Of a DNA stretch of 64,000 bases, positions 1-9,876 are shown in pieces. Position 1 is the stretch's first letter; every line of letters starts with the position of its first letter. A program made the position numbers and the translations under genes. Where the stretch lies: sequence record PP496443.1; one strand, given 5' to 3'. The notes beneath the pieces are model-generated. The model did not search any database. It saw only the letters and a list, made by a program, of their open reading frames with translations, and was not told the origin of the DNA.

Positions 1-11
1 CCGGAGGCTAC

Positions 12-755
12 ATGTCATCCCCGTATGGAAAGACAAGTGGCGGGTCAGACCAACCCGCCACCGCAGGATTCACCGACGAACAGGTAATGGACAGTTTGTT
101 CAACTCGTTCCGGCCTGTTCCGGTCAAATACACAGTGGAAGTAATCTCGCCGATATGGCTGCGCACCGAACCGGCTCACCCCTGTCTAGTTCCATGCGTG
201 CCCGTGATCCCGGCGCAGCCACTGGTGGGGGAGTACGAGGAAGCCCCCACAAGCTCGCAGGCGGACGATGAGGAGGATGACCCCGATGATGACCGGTTCA
301 AGCGGCTAGCGCTCGCCTATCCGGGGCTGACGCGCTCGGAACTGGAAGCCATTGAAGGTGAAATCGTTGACGTTCTGGATATCGATGAGGACTTCAGAGA
401 TGAGTTCCTGCGTGACACCCAAGATATGGCGACCAGTATCCGGGAATTCCTCTTCAAGCAAATCGCACCGATGGCTGTAGGTTCCAGTATTGCGTTCGAC
501 GAATTCAATCAGGAACTGTCTGCTGTCCTCGGGGACAAGAACGCCACTTCCAATTTCTCCACCGTCAAGCAGATGCTGGAGGACGCCATGACCATGAAGA
601 CTTTCGAGTTCCTGACCGAGCAGCTCAGCCTGTCGCCGGAAAGCTCGCGCCACGTTCTGTCGGTCTTCATGGCGAAGCGCATCTCCCCCGGAGGTAAGGG
701 CCGAAACACGGAGTCCTTGCTCAAGGATCTGCTTAACGCTACCAAAGGCGCATAA
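12..755 (+). CDS. Hypothetical acidic protein; positional candidate for terminase small subunit
   Basis: GGAGG SD before ATG; ends 1 nt before terL; no recognisable motif, so the function call is positional only. Confidence 0.45.
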   Translation: MSSPYGKTSGGSDQPATAGFTDEQVMDSLFNSFRPVPVKYTVEVISPIWLRTEPAHPCLVPCVPVIPAQPLVGEYEEAPTSSQADDEEDDPDDDRFKRLALAYPGLTRSELEAIEGEIVDVLDIDEDFRDEFLRDTQDMATSIREFLFKQIAPMAVGSSIAFDEFNQELSAVLGDKNATSNFSTVKQMLEDAMTMKTFEFLTEQLSLSPESSRHVLSVFMAKRISPGGKGRNTESLLKDLLNATKGA

Positions 756-756
756 C

Positions 757-3138
757 ATGGCAGCCAAACCACCTGACAAGATCTCACGACGTAAGCTACA
801 GGAACTTCTGGATCGGAAAGAGGATCAACTCAAGTCTGATCGCCGATCCAAGAAGATCATCACCAAGCTCACGTCGTTCGAGAAGGCGAAAGCCGAAGCC
901 AGAGACATCACCAAGCCCTATCACAAGGAAGTGACTCTGGACGACATCATGGACCTTCGCGGAATGCTGGGCGGCAATCGCGCCATGGCCCCGTTGGAAG
1001 GTCAGTTCCTGATGACACCGGAGGAAGAACAGATCTCGGAACTGGGACTGTCGGAAACGCTGGATGAGATTTTCTCCAGTGGTATCGGCTTGCCTCCTGA
1101 CCTGAAGATCGATGACCGGGATCTGAAAGCGCTGCCCAACGTATTCGAGTGGACTACTTCGAAGATGGGCGCTAAGATGAAGCCGTACGCCCGGCAATAT
1201 GAGGTGATGATCAAGTCCTGCTCTGAGTGGTGCCCACCGTGCACTAAGAAGCGCTGGCCGAAACACAAGATGGGTTTCGCGAAATCGTTTCACTACTCGC
1301 CCGCTCTCCCCGTGGATTTTGACGTAGCCAACATTGACGACTACGTTCAGCACTTGGAGAACGGGCGTTGTCCGTGTTGCAAGAAAAGAAAATCGGAGTT
1401 GGTGCGCAGCGGGCAGTTGCCTCTGGTTACCGAACTGGACATGTGTCTGGGTCAACGGGCGGGTAAGTCTGCAACGATCTATTCGCTGATCCCCTACCTC
1501 ATTCACCGCTGGCTCAAGGTTCCTTCCCCGGTACAGGCGCTGGGACTGCTGGACAACACCCTGCTTTCTGGGGTAGTGGTTGCCCTGACCTACGCTAAAG
1601 CCACGTCCCTTCTCTGGCAGCCGATCCACAACGCTATCTCGAACACCGGCTGGTTCAAAGAGTACAACGCGCTGTTGAACCATTACCAAGAGTTCTACGG
1701 CGAGGAATTCTTCAAGCTGAAAGACTCGTTCGTGCAGTACGGCCATCGGAACATGATCTTCAGTCCCTCCGGCCCGAACAAGCGTACACTCCGGGGTGAG
1801 ACCCGTATCTGGACCGGCACTGACGAAATCGGTTTCTTCTACCATGGCGATGACGGCGATGACAAGGAACGTGCATCGGCCAACGAGGTATATGTATCGC
1901 TGGGTAACTCCCTGTTCACGGTTAAGAAGGCAGCGGAAACTGCCTTACTGTCCGGCATGGATGGTATCCCTATGACTCTGATGGCGAACATCTCCTCGCC
2001 ATCGAGCTACAAAGATAAGATCATGTCGCTGATCCGTGAGTTCGAGAACGAGCCTACCGTCGTGACCATGCACTTGCCTACCTGGGAGTTCAACCCCAAG
2101 ACCAGCAAGGGTGACTTCAAGAAGGAATACGCGGCGGATCCCGTCAAGGCAGACCGTGACTTCGGGGCTAACCCGCCGATGTCCGAGAACCCCTACCTTC
2201 CTGACCTCGAACCCATGAAGCGTCAGGTGCTCAAGTCCCAGCGCAACATGGTAGAGTACGAGTACAAGCTGATCAAGGCTACTAACGGTGCACCGCAGCG
2301 CTATGCCAAGATCAAGCGACTCCGTGAGTTCATGGACAAGGTGCCGAAGCACGTGATGACCATCGACGCCGGGCACAGCAACAACTCCTTCGCCTTGACC
2401 GTTGGTTATCCTGAGATGTTCCGAGGGAAGCTTCGTCTGGTGTGCACGGGTGTGGTGGAAGTGGCACCGACACATGGCCAGAACACGATCAACTTCACCA
2501 AGATCGCCAAGGAAATGATCTACCCGCTGATCGAGCACTTCAACGTTGGTCTTGTGGTGACTGACCGCTGGAACTCTTTGAAGCTGCTGCATGACATCGA
2601 AGACGAGTACGGTATCTTCACGTTGCAGTACAGTCTGCGACCAGACGACTTCAACTTTATCTACGACTACTACATGGATGAAGACTTCGCGTACGCCCGT
2701 ATTCCCGTGCCTGAGATTCCCATTGATCAGATAATGGACGTCGATATCGATGAGTATCCGAAGTGCTTCGGTCCCGGCAACAAGACCACGGGCAGGCCAA
2801 TGCCTGTAGCGCACATGATCCATCAGTCGCAAACAGTTCAGGTGAATAGCCGGGGCAGTGTGGACAAAGGATTGGGTCTGACCGATGACATCTTCCGTGC
2901 GTTCAACTTGCTCACCTATGTCTGCGTGGATGAGGAGTACGTGGAAGAGTACATGCTGCTAACGGGTTCGGTCGCGGGTGAGAAGCGTGCCATTGGCGCA
3001 ATGGCAAGAGGTGGCATAACTCCGGGTAGTCGGGGCAGTGGTGGCAAGGCCATGAGTACCTCCGTCGGTGCGGTCGCGGGGGCGAGCACAGCCTCCGGCA
3101 GCGGCGGGAACGGTGTATTCAGCCGTACGTCCCGCTAA
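757..3138 (+). CDS. terL: Terminase large subunit
   Basis: Walker A LGQRAGKS, Walker B IWTGTDEIG, coupling motif NISSPS, RNase H-like nuclease motifs IDAGHSNNSFA and TDDIFRA; lies upstream of a portal-like gene. Confidence 0.9.
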   Translation: MAAKPPDKISRRKLQELLDRKEDQLKSDRRSKKIITKLTSFEKAKAEARDITKPYHKEVTLDDIMDLRGMLGGNRAMAPLEGQFLMTPEEEQISELGLSETLDEIFSSGIGLPPDLKIDDRDLKALPNVFEWTTSKMGAKMKPYARQYEVMIKSCSEWCPPCTKKRWPKHKMGFAKSFHYSPALPVDFDVANIDDYVQHLENGRCPCCKKRKSELVRSGQLPLVTELDMCLGQRAGKSATIYSLIPYLIHRWLKVPSPVQALGLLDNTLLSGVVVALTYAKATSLLWQPIHNAISNTGWFKEYNALLNHYQEFYGEEFFKLKDSFVQYGHRNMIFSPSGPNKRTLRGETRIWTGTDEIGFFYHGDDGDDKERASANEVYVSLGNSLFTVKKAAETALLSGMDGIPMTLMANISSPSSYKDKIMSLIREFENEPTVVTMHLPTWEFNPKTSKGDFKKEYAADPVKADRDFGANPPMSENPYLPDLEPMKRQVLKSQRNMVEYEYKLIKATNGAPQRYAKIKRLREFMDKVPKHVMTIDAGHSNNSFALTVGYPEMFRGKLRLVCTGVVEVAPTHGQNTINFTKIAKEMIYPLIEHFNVGLVVTDRWNSLKLLHDIEDEYGIFTLQYSLRPDDFNFIYDYYMDEDFAYARIPVPEIPIDQIMDVDIDEYPKCFGPGNKTTGRPMPVAHMIHQSQTVQVNSRGSVDKGLGLTDDIFRAFNLLTYVCVDEEYVEEYMLLTGSVAGEKRAIGAMARGGITPGSRGSGGKAMSTSVGAVAGASTASGSGGNGVFSRTSR

Positions 3139-3191
3139 TTCAGACCCTAATTAAAGCCATTAAACGGATAACCCGAGTCGGGAGACCTGAA

Positions 3192-3419
3192 ATGCTGAAC
3201 GTATTCGATTTGATCAAGAGTAAGATGCCTAACGTCCACATCGAAGAAGCCCGCGTGGCGGAGGAACGTGAGATGGCTACGGCAGGGCTGAGCAACGATG
3301 ACCCTCTGGTGTGCCCCGTGTGCAAAGAGCGGACCCAACCGATCATGGGGGGCAATAACGTACCCATGCTCATCTGCGAGAAAGACCGCGTAGCCATGCC
3401 TGTCCCTGAAGGGGTCTAA
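3192..3419 (+). CDS. Small zinc-ribbon protein (CPVC...CEKD) with an N-terminal leader ending EMATA
   Basis: GGAG SD; CxxC pair; lies between terL and portal. Confidence 0.7.
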   Translation: MLNVFDLIKSKMPNVHIEEARVAEEREMATAGLSNDDPLVCPVCKERTQPIMGGNNVPMLICEKDRVAMPVPEGV

Positions 3420-3420
3420 C

Positions 3421-5235
3421 ATGATCCGAATGAACAACCGCATGCGGTTATCAGACAAGAATGGTCGCATGACGACCATCGCGTCACCGCAGAGCATGAG
3501 TGGCAGCATGGGTGCAGGGGGTCACCCCATGACTCGCGCCATGGGTGGCAACGCGTCCACCCGAGACAGCTTGCTTGACGGCATCCTGAAGCTCGACCCG
3601 GATGTCATGCGTCAGATCTACATGGACATGTACCTGTTTGATCCGACCATCGGCGGCGCCACCGACTTGCTGGCCCAGAGCCCGTGGTCGGATTACGATC
3701 TGGTAGACGCTGAGCCGGATCAACTGGACGTCTTCTACCGGTCGATGGAATTGCTGAACTACCGAGAGCTGATGCCGGAGTTCACCATCGACTACCTGAC
3801 GTTGGGCGCCGCTGTAGGTACGCCGTTGTACAGCGTATCGGAAAAGGCATTCACCGACATCATCCCGCACTCCATAGCCAGTATTCAGGTTCAAGAAGTT
3901 CCGCTGTATTCCCAAGACCCGGTGCTAACGCTGCTGGTACCGGAAGAGATGCGCACGTTCGCGACCAGTCAAGACCCTTATGTGGTTAAGATGCGGCAGC
4001 GCATGACACCGAAGATGGTGGAAGCATTCCGAGCGCAGGAGGTTGCACTTGATCCGGTGACCACGCTGTACGTACCCCGCACTTCGTTCTCGACAGTGCA
4101 GCAAGGCGTATCGCTGTACACCCGCTTGATCCCGATCTACTTGCTCGAACGTCTGCTGTACCGTGGCACGTTGACTGAGGCTACTCGCCGCCAGCGCTCG
4201 ACGTTGCACATTCAAGCCGGTGACGATCTGTGGAACCCGGACGACAATGAGCTGAACAGTCTGGTGCAGCTGTTCCTGCAAGCCGAGCAAGATCCAGTGT
4301 CGGCCATCGTCGCTACCCAGATGAACGTGCAGACTCAGGAGATTCGAGCTGCCGGTGACTTCTGGAAGTGGACGGATAACCTGGAGCAGTTCAACGACAT
4401 CAAGCTGCGAGGCATGGGGATCAACGAATCCTACATGTCAGGTGATGTGACCTACGACAACCTGAGTACCAGTGTTACCATGTTCCAAGAGCAGCAGGAC
4501 TCGCTCCGGGAAATGATGGTGCGTAAGACGCTGTACACCAAGGTGTTCCCGGTACTGTCGATCACCCACGACTTCCGCCGCAAGGAAGAGTCGAGTCATG
4601 CTCGCCGCGAGATGGCTACGGCCAAGGCTGCACAGAAGCGTACCCTGAACGATTCGTTCGCGTTCCAGGTGAACGACAAATCGTCGCTGGTCATCCCCAA
4701 AGTGGTGTGGCACAAGAAGCTACGTTCCATGTACACCGAAGGTTCGTTCGACATCCTCGAGAAGCTGTCGGAAGCTGGTCTGCCGGTTACACTCCGGGCA
4801 TGGGCCGCTGCCGGGGGTTACGACCTGGATAGCGCCATGCAGGCAATGGCCGACGACGCCAAGCTGCGGAAGCAGGTGTCAGACTTCAAAGCCGAGAACG
4901 GTATCGACGCCGGTACGGAAAACGACTTCAACCTCGATGGTGATACCGAGCTGTCGATGGTCAGGTCCGCATCCGCATTGCTGGATAAGGCAATGGGTGG
5001 CCGGGGTATGAAGCCACTGGGTCTGCTGGGCCGTGAGTTCAGCGAGGCGGATTCCGAAGTGGTACGCCATGATCACTCTGGCAAACGCAAGTGGGTTCCT
5101 GACCAGCACCGTGCCAAGCGGGAGGAGAACGATAAGGCGATGAAGGCGTTGAAGCAGGCCTCTGATCCGGACTTCCGTGCCAAGACGATTGCCGCCGTTA
5201 ACCGTAGACAAGGCGCGAGAAAGACTCGCGGCTGA
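3421..5235 (+). CDS. Portal protein (probable)
   Basis: 604 aa after terL; helical pattern typical of large-phage portals (YLFDPTIGGATDLLA, YTRLIPIYLLE, FNDIKLRGMGINESYMSG). Confidence 0.7.
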   Translation: MIRMNNRMRLSDKNGRMTTIASPQSMSGSMGAGGHPMTRAMGGNASTRDSLLDGILKLDPDVMRQIYMDMYLFDPTIGGATDLLAQSPWSDYDLVDAEPDQLDVFYRSMELLNYRELMPEFTIDYLTLGAAVGTPLYSVSEKAFTDIIPHSIASIQVQEVPLYSQDPVLTLLVPEEMRTFATSQDPYVVKMRQRMTPKMVEAFRAQEVALDPVTTLYVPRTSFSTVQQGVSLYTRLIPIYLLERLLYRGTLTEATRRQRSTLHIQAGDDLWNPDDNELNSLVQLFLQAEQDPVSAIVATQMNVQTQEIRAAGDFWKWTDNLEQFNDIKLRGMGINESYMSGDVTYDNLSTSVTMFQEQQDSLREMMVRKTLYTKVFPVLSITHDFRRKEESSHARREMATAKAAQKRTLNDSFAFQVNDKSSLVIPKVVWHKKLRSMYTEGSFDILEKLSEAGLPVTLRAWAAAGGYDLDSAMQAMADDAKLRKQVSDFKAENGIDAGTENDFNLDGDTELSMVRSASALLDKAMGGRGMKPLGLLGREFSEADSEVVRHDHSGKRKWVPDQHRAKREENDKAMKALKQASDPDFRAKTIAAVNRRQGARKTRG

Positions 5236-5260
5236 CATTTATTTTCCATGGAGAGCAAGA

Positions 5261-6979
5261 ATGAAAAACAATCCACAAGTCACGCGCCTTTCCGCCTTGG
5301 CTGCTGCTGGTATCAACGTCAAGTCAGGTTCGCCGGTCGATGTCGTGCATCAGCACACTCGCACTCTGGGCAACAACATCGAGAAGCTGAGCCAGCCACG
5401 TCAGTGGGCCATTGCTCACCTGATGAACGAAGCGGCTGACCTGCTGGTTGTCGAAACCGGTACGCTGCAAGACGACTACATCGACTACTTCAAAGGTGCA
5501 CTGGAGAAGTTCAGCGTATCCTCCCCGGCCGAACTGTCCCAAGAGAAGGCTTCCGAGTTCTTCAACTGGATCAGCGCCAACTGGAAGAAGGGCGAAGGCC
5601 CTAAAGCCGAAGCCAGCGTCGAGACTGCCAAGACCGGTGCAGGTGCTCCGTACGACGCCGTTCTGGACACCTTTTCAGGGGACGGTTCGTACATGGTCAT
5701 TGACGTAAATGGTTCTACCGTAGCAGAAGGTTTTCCTACCCGTGAAGCCGCTGGTAGGAAGGCTGACGAACTGGACAAGAAGGCCGGATTCGATATCCAT
5801 GACTACGTGGCGAAGAATGCCCCGGATGAAACCTATGGTCGAGGCAAGCGCCCACCCTTGCCTGTTCGTACAGGGCGTGCTCAACCAAGGCACCTTTCTT
5901 CAGCGGAAACTGAAACCGCCAGCCAGTTCTCCTTCGTCAAAGTCACCCAGAACGGTAACACGTATCGTCTGGAAGCTTCGGACACCGGCAACTTCAAGTC
6001 CGTCATGATCTGGAAGGGTGGCGTGTGGACGAAGCCAGGTCCGGACGAAGCGTTCAAGGATAAAGAGCCACACCGCATGCTGGGTGCCCTGCGCACGCCC
6101 AACGGTGCAGAACTGGCTACCCTCAACCTGCCGGAAACTCCGGTGGCAAGCATGGAAGAGATGGCCGAGCTGTTCGGCGCCATGGGTATCGAAGAGAGCG
6201 AGATCCGTCGCTTCTACGGCGGTGGTCCAGAGTGGAATGATCGCAGCGTCTACGATGGCAACATCCCGAGCGTATCCCCAGCCAATCTGGGTGTGAACCC
6301 AACTTACGCCTACACCGACATGCACCCGCTGCGTGCCTACGAGGCGGAAGACACCATCCGTATCAATGGTCTGGACGCCACGTTGCAATCCATCGACAAC
6401 GGGCAGGCTGTGTTCACAGTTGACGGCGTAGATACCACCACGGTGCCGCTGGACAACATCGTGGTCGCTGAAGGTGAAGCCTCGGTAGTAGCCACTGCCA
6501 TGGTATCTCATCGCGTACTGGTCACTGCCGGTCACGAAGACCTGACTCAGTACAAGTCGCTGCGTCACGACTTCGAGACTGTTACCGCGAACCACCAAGA
6601 GCTGTCACAAGTCAAGGTAGGCCCGGCGCTGCAAACCCTCGCCAAGGCGGGTAACCGTCGCGCTCTGGTACTGGCTCACGCCGGTGTGCAGCGTATCAAC
6701 GAAGGTCATGCACTGCTCAAAGCCTCCATCGGCTACGGCAAGGAAGCGGCGACCGCCAGTGTCATCACAGAGCTGGCCGATCTGAACAACCTGTGTGGCA
6801 AGGATCAAGTGTCGGCACAAGACGTGATCGACTCCGCGCCCGTGGTCACTCATCTGAAGCAGGGTGAGTTCAAGGCCGACATGCCGGACGTGGTTGACTC
6901 TTCGGACTTCGAGCTGAACGACCCGCAAGCCGAACAGGCGTCCACGCGCAAGAGCCGCTTCCCAAGCCGCAAGCGCTAA
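5261..6979 (+). CDS. Putative head-associated or scaffold-like protein
   Basis: Start moved to ATG 5261 (GGAG SD 7 nt upstream); lies between portal and protease; several xTA motifs (VETAK, TETAS, VATAM, AATAS). Confidence 0.55.
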   Translation: MKNNPQVTRLSALAAAGINVKSGSPVDVVHQHTRTLGNNIEKLSQPRQWAIAHLMNEAADLLVVETGTLQDDYIDYFKGALEKFSVSSPAELSQEKASEFFNWISANWKKGEGPKAEASVETAKTGAGAPYDAVLDTFSGDGSYMVIDVNGSTVAEGFPTREAAGRKADELDKKAGFDIHDYVAKNAPDETYGRGKRPPLPVRTGRAQPRHLSSAETETASQFSFVKVTQNGNTYRLEASDTGNFKSVMIWKGGVWTKPGPDEAFKDKEPHRMLGALRTPNGAELATLNLPETPVASMEEMAELFGAMGIEESEIRRFYGGGPEWNDRSVYDGNIPSVSPANLGVNPTYAYTDMHPLRAYEAEDTIRINGLDATLQSIDNGQAVFTVDGVDTTTVPLDNIVVAEGEASVVATAMVSHRVLVTAGHEDLTQYKSLRHDFETVTANHQELSQVKVGPALQTLAKAGNRRALVLAHAGVQRINEGHALLKASIGYGKEAATASVITELADLNNLCGKDQVSAQDVIDSAPVVTHLKQGEFKADMPDVVDSSDFELNDPQAEQASTRKSRFPSRKR

Positions 6980-6991
6980 TCATCTGGACAG

Positions 6992-7009
6992 GGGGATCGC
7001 AAGGTCCCC
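6992..7009 (+). other. GCAA-tetraloop hairpin, copy 1 (GGGGATC-GCAA-GGTCCCC)
   Basis: Intergenic 7-bp stem with no U-tract; near-identical copies at 13036 and 48098. Confidence 0.7.
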
Positions 7010-7026
7010 TCATCAGGAACTTGACT

Positions 7027-9063
7027 ATGACTATCAAGAGTGCTACGTTTGCGGAAGCTGAATCGCAAGCTCAAGGCCTAGCCAACTCCATGGGATGGCC
7101 AGGTGAGGTAATGGACAACGGTGACGGCACTGTCACTCTGTCGCCACCCGACGCATGGGATGAGGAAGAGAACCCCGGCAAGGTGGCAGCGTCCAAGCTG
7201 ACCGGTAACAAGGACTGTCACGTCTTCGCCAGTATGGCGGTACCCAGTGAAGGCGAGTGGATGGCTGTCGTCATTCAAGGTACCCCAGCGCTGGTACTCA
7301 TCGACCAAGGATCTGGTGAAGGCTGGTTGACCCTTCAGGCCCCCGCGGACTTCGATGTTCCGGAGAGCGTGCTGATTCCTTTCCAACAACGCTTGACCCA
7401 AACGGAAACTGCTTCAATGGACCTTGAACAAGACGTAGAACTGGCAGCAGGGAAGAAAAAATCGGAAGTGGACCAACTTATCGAACTGCGACAGGAATAC
7501 GATAAGCTTCAATTCTCAAAGTCGAAATTGAGCGTACACGGTAAGAACCCTACCAGCTCTCGTATCATCTCAGCGAAGAAAGGGTTGATAGAACGGGAGA
7601 AGGAATTCAAGGACAAGTTGAAGAAATTGGTCCCGTCGGGTCGTATTCCTACCATGGAGAGTTTGCAGAATCGTAAGATGCGGGAATCGGGAATTAAACC
7701 TCCGACCAAAGCTGAGAAGGATTCGGCCAGTGAGCGTCGGATGTTGAAGAGTGAAAAAGACAGGCAGACGAGAGTAGCTACTACAGTAAAGAAACACGGA
7801 GTAACTGAATCGGAAGCCAATACCTTGCACCGGGGCAAATACCCTAAGTCCTATTATAAGGATGAACGGGACCTGGATGAGATCAGTCATAAGTTGAAAA
7901 ATCCTAGGCTTACGGATGAGCAAGAAGCTAAGTTGGAGAAAGAGTTGAAAGACTTGCGCACGAAGTTCAAGGAAAAGAAGAAGAAATACGATGCCGTCCT
8001 CAAGGAAGGGCGGGAGGAATCTTCGGTTCAGCCGGATACCCGTACGCAGGTTCTGGCTAACGTCTCCAGCGACCCGGCCACTCCTGCGTATCAGGAAGCA
8101 TCTATCACGGGAGTTACACCAGAAGGCCACATCTCAGTAGCATTCGCTGACGGCGATATCGGTGTGTACCAAGGTAAGTTCGACCCTGCTGGTCTGATGC
8201 CAATCGCGGAAGCGGCAGGCGTTGAAGTTGCCAGCTTCAGACACCACACCATGGTTCTGGCCAACGTTGGCACTGCGGCAGCACCTGAATACGCCGAAGC
8301 AGAGGTGATTGGTTCCACCGAGGAAGGCCATCTGGAAGTCGCGTTCGCCGATGGTGACGTGGGCATCTACCGTTCCTTGTTCCACCCTACCGGTATCTTG
8401 CCGCTGGGTGTGACTGCCGAGACGGCCAGTGTGCTCATCGAGGTGGCCGCACGTACGGCAATGACCCCGGAGCAGAAGCTCAAGCGTGCACAGGACCTGC
8501 TCAAGCTGCGTACGCTGCACGACAAGTACGAGACCAACACCGACGCCCTGAAAGGCAAGAAAGGTCCGGAGAACAAAGCCAAGCGGGACAAGAACAACGA
8601 GGACAAGGCCAAGCTCCGTGCCAAGCTGGACAAGATGGGTGTCACATCCCTGCCGAGCAAAGCTCACCTGCAGCGTACCATCAAGCAGCACAGCGATCTG
8701 CCGACCCGTATGCGTGCATCGGACAAGAAGCCTGCTGCTAAGGTACCAACGAATAAGGCAGCACGGGACGCGGCCAAGAAGAAGTATGCGCCTGCTAAAG
8801 AGGACAAAGGATTAGACATGCGGATTAAGGCTCCGGGGTATGCTGAAAGGAATTTCGGCCCTGCTGCCATGAAACGAAAAGAGGAAAGAAAGTCTTTGCC
8901 CAAAGCTACTCAGGACAAGATCAAGAAGTTGGAAGCAAAGATAGAAGAGACGCTTACGGACATCCATAAGGGTTCCATCAGTAAAAAGGACGTTCAGACT
9001 GCCCGCGACCAAGTTAAGGCTTGGAAAGAGCAAGTCAAAGAACTTTCTACCCCGGCTAAGTAA
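7027..9063 (+). CDS. Modular head-type protein: two Lys-rich modules flanking two tandem Tudor/SH3-like repeats
   Basis: AGGA SD; repeats VLANV...VAFADGD.G.Y at about 8050 and 8254; basic modules LIELRQEYDKLQ..KDKLKKL..RIPTMESLQ and LLKLRTLHDKYE..RAKLDKM..SLPSKAHLQ. Confidence 0.65.
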   Translation: MTIKSATFAEAESQAQGLANSMGWPGEVMDNGDGTVTLSPPDAWDEEENPGKVAASKLTGNKDCHVFASMAVPSEGEWMAVVIQGTPALVLIDQGSGEGWLTLQAPADFDVPESVLIPFQQRLTQTETASMDLEQDVELAAGKKKSEVDQLIELRQEYDKLQFSKSKLSVHGKNPTSSRIISAKKGLIEREKEFKDKLKKLVPSGRIPTMESLQNRKMRESGIKPPTKAEKDSASERRMLKSEKDRQTRVATTVKKHGVTESEANTLHRGKYPKSYYKDERDLDEISHKLKNPRLTDEQEAKLEKELKDLRTKFKEKKKKYDAVLKEGREESSVQPDTRTQVLANVSSDPATPAYQEASITGVTPEGHISVAFADGDIGVYQGKFDPAGLMPIAEAAGVEVASFRHHTMVLANVGTAAAPEYAEAEVIGSTEEGHLEVAFADGDVGIYRSLFHPTGILPLGVTAETASVLIEVAARTAMTPEQKLKRAQDLLKLRTLHDKYETNTDALKGKKGPENKAKRDKNNEDKAKLRAKLDKMGVTSLPSKAHLQRTIKQHSDLPTRMRASDKKPAAKVPTNKAARDAAKKKYAPAKEDKGLDMRIKAPGYAERNFGPAAMKRKEERKSLPKATQDKIKKLEAKIEETLTDIHKGSISKKDVQTARDQVKAWKEQVKELSTPAK

Positions 9064-9085
9064 CCACACCTGACTGGAGCATGAC

Positions 9086-9844
9086 ATGAACGTGTTTGAA
9101 ATGATTGCCCAGCAGAACGCCGCGATGAAACCCATCGACGTGCACAAGCTGGTTAAAGGCAAGGATGTAGATCCAAAGCTCAAGGAGATGACCACGGCCA
9201 AAGTCGGTATGCCCGGCTTGGCCCAGGCCATTACGTTCGCGGAGTGGTTGCCGTTCGCGGCCAAGACGTATCACTGCTCGCCGGATCCGAAGGATTACAT
9301 TCTGGTCCCGAACATCGTGATGCCGTCGGAGATCCCCAACCGGAATGGCGTGGGCTTCCCCTTGCAGCAACTGGTACGCTTCAATCCTGAGACTGGTTGC
9401 CAAGGCTTCCGTACGGCAGTCGGCAAGGGTACGTACGCGGACCACCAGAACAACACCGTCGCCCCGCTGGCGAAAGGCGTGATCGTGGATTCGTTCATGC
9501 GCCCGCTGGAAGGCTTCAAGGGCGGCGTGTGGAAGTTGCTGTTCCTCTTGGCGTACGACCGGTCCAAAGACCAAGCGCTCACCAACGCCATCTTGGCGGG
9601 CACTCGTACCAACTACAGCATGGGCGCGTACCTGACCAAGTACACGTGTTCCATCTGTGGCCGGGACCGGGGCCAGTGTGTGCACTTGAGCGCGCAGAAA
9701 GGTTCGGTGAACTTCCGCAAGGTAGGGAACCAGCTGGCGTACTCGCAGGCATACGAACCAATTTTCTTCGAGACGTCCTCGGTAGAAGATCCGGCTTTCG
9801 TATCGTCGATCACCGGCGCTGATCACCTGCTTATCACTCGGTAA
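9086..9844 (+). CDS. Prohead maturation protease (probable)
   Basis: GGAG SD; motifs NRNGVGF, ADHQN, NYSMGA, CSICG..CVH and FFETSSVEDPAF match the large-phage prohead protease pattern; located in the head module. Confidence 0.7.
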   Translation: MNVFEMIAQQNAAMKPIDVHKLVKGKDVDPKLKEMTTAKVGMPGLAQAITFAEWLPFAAKTYHCSPDPKDYILVPNIVMPSEIPNRNGVGFPLQQLVRFNPETGCQGFRTAVGKGTYADHQNNTVAPLAKGVIVDSFMRPLEGFKGGVWKLLFLLAYDRSKDQALTNAILAGTRTNYSMGAYLTKYTCSICGRDRGQCVHLSAQKGSVNFRKVGNQLAYSQAYEPIFFETSSVEDPAFVSSITGADHLLITR

Positions 9845-9876
9845 GCAGGAACTCCGTAAGAAGTAGAGGTAACATC

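Noticed and set aside
5177-5260. Longest-ORF starts in the track (5177, 10180, 12111, 12487, 22383, 33723, 37827, 39379, 51599, 57655, 62415)
   Set aside because: They overlap upstream genes and lack SDs; downstream starts have clear SDs
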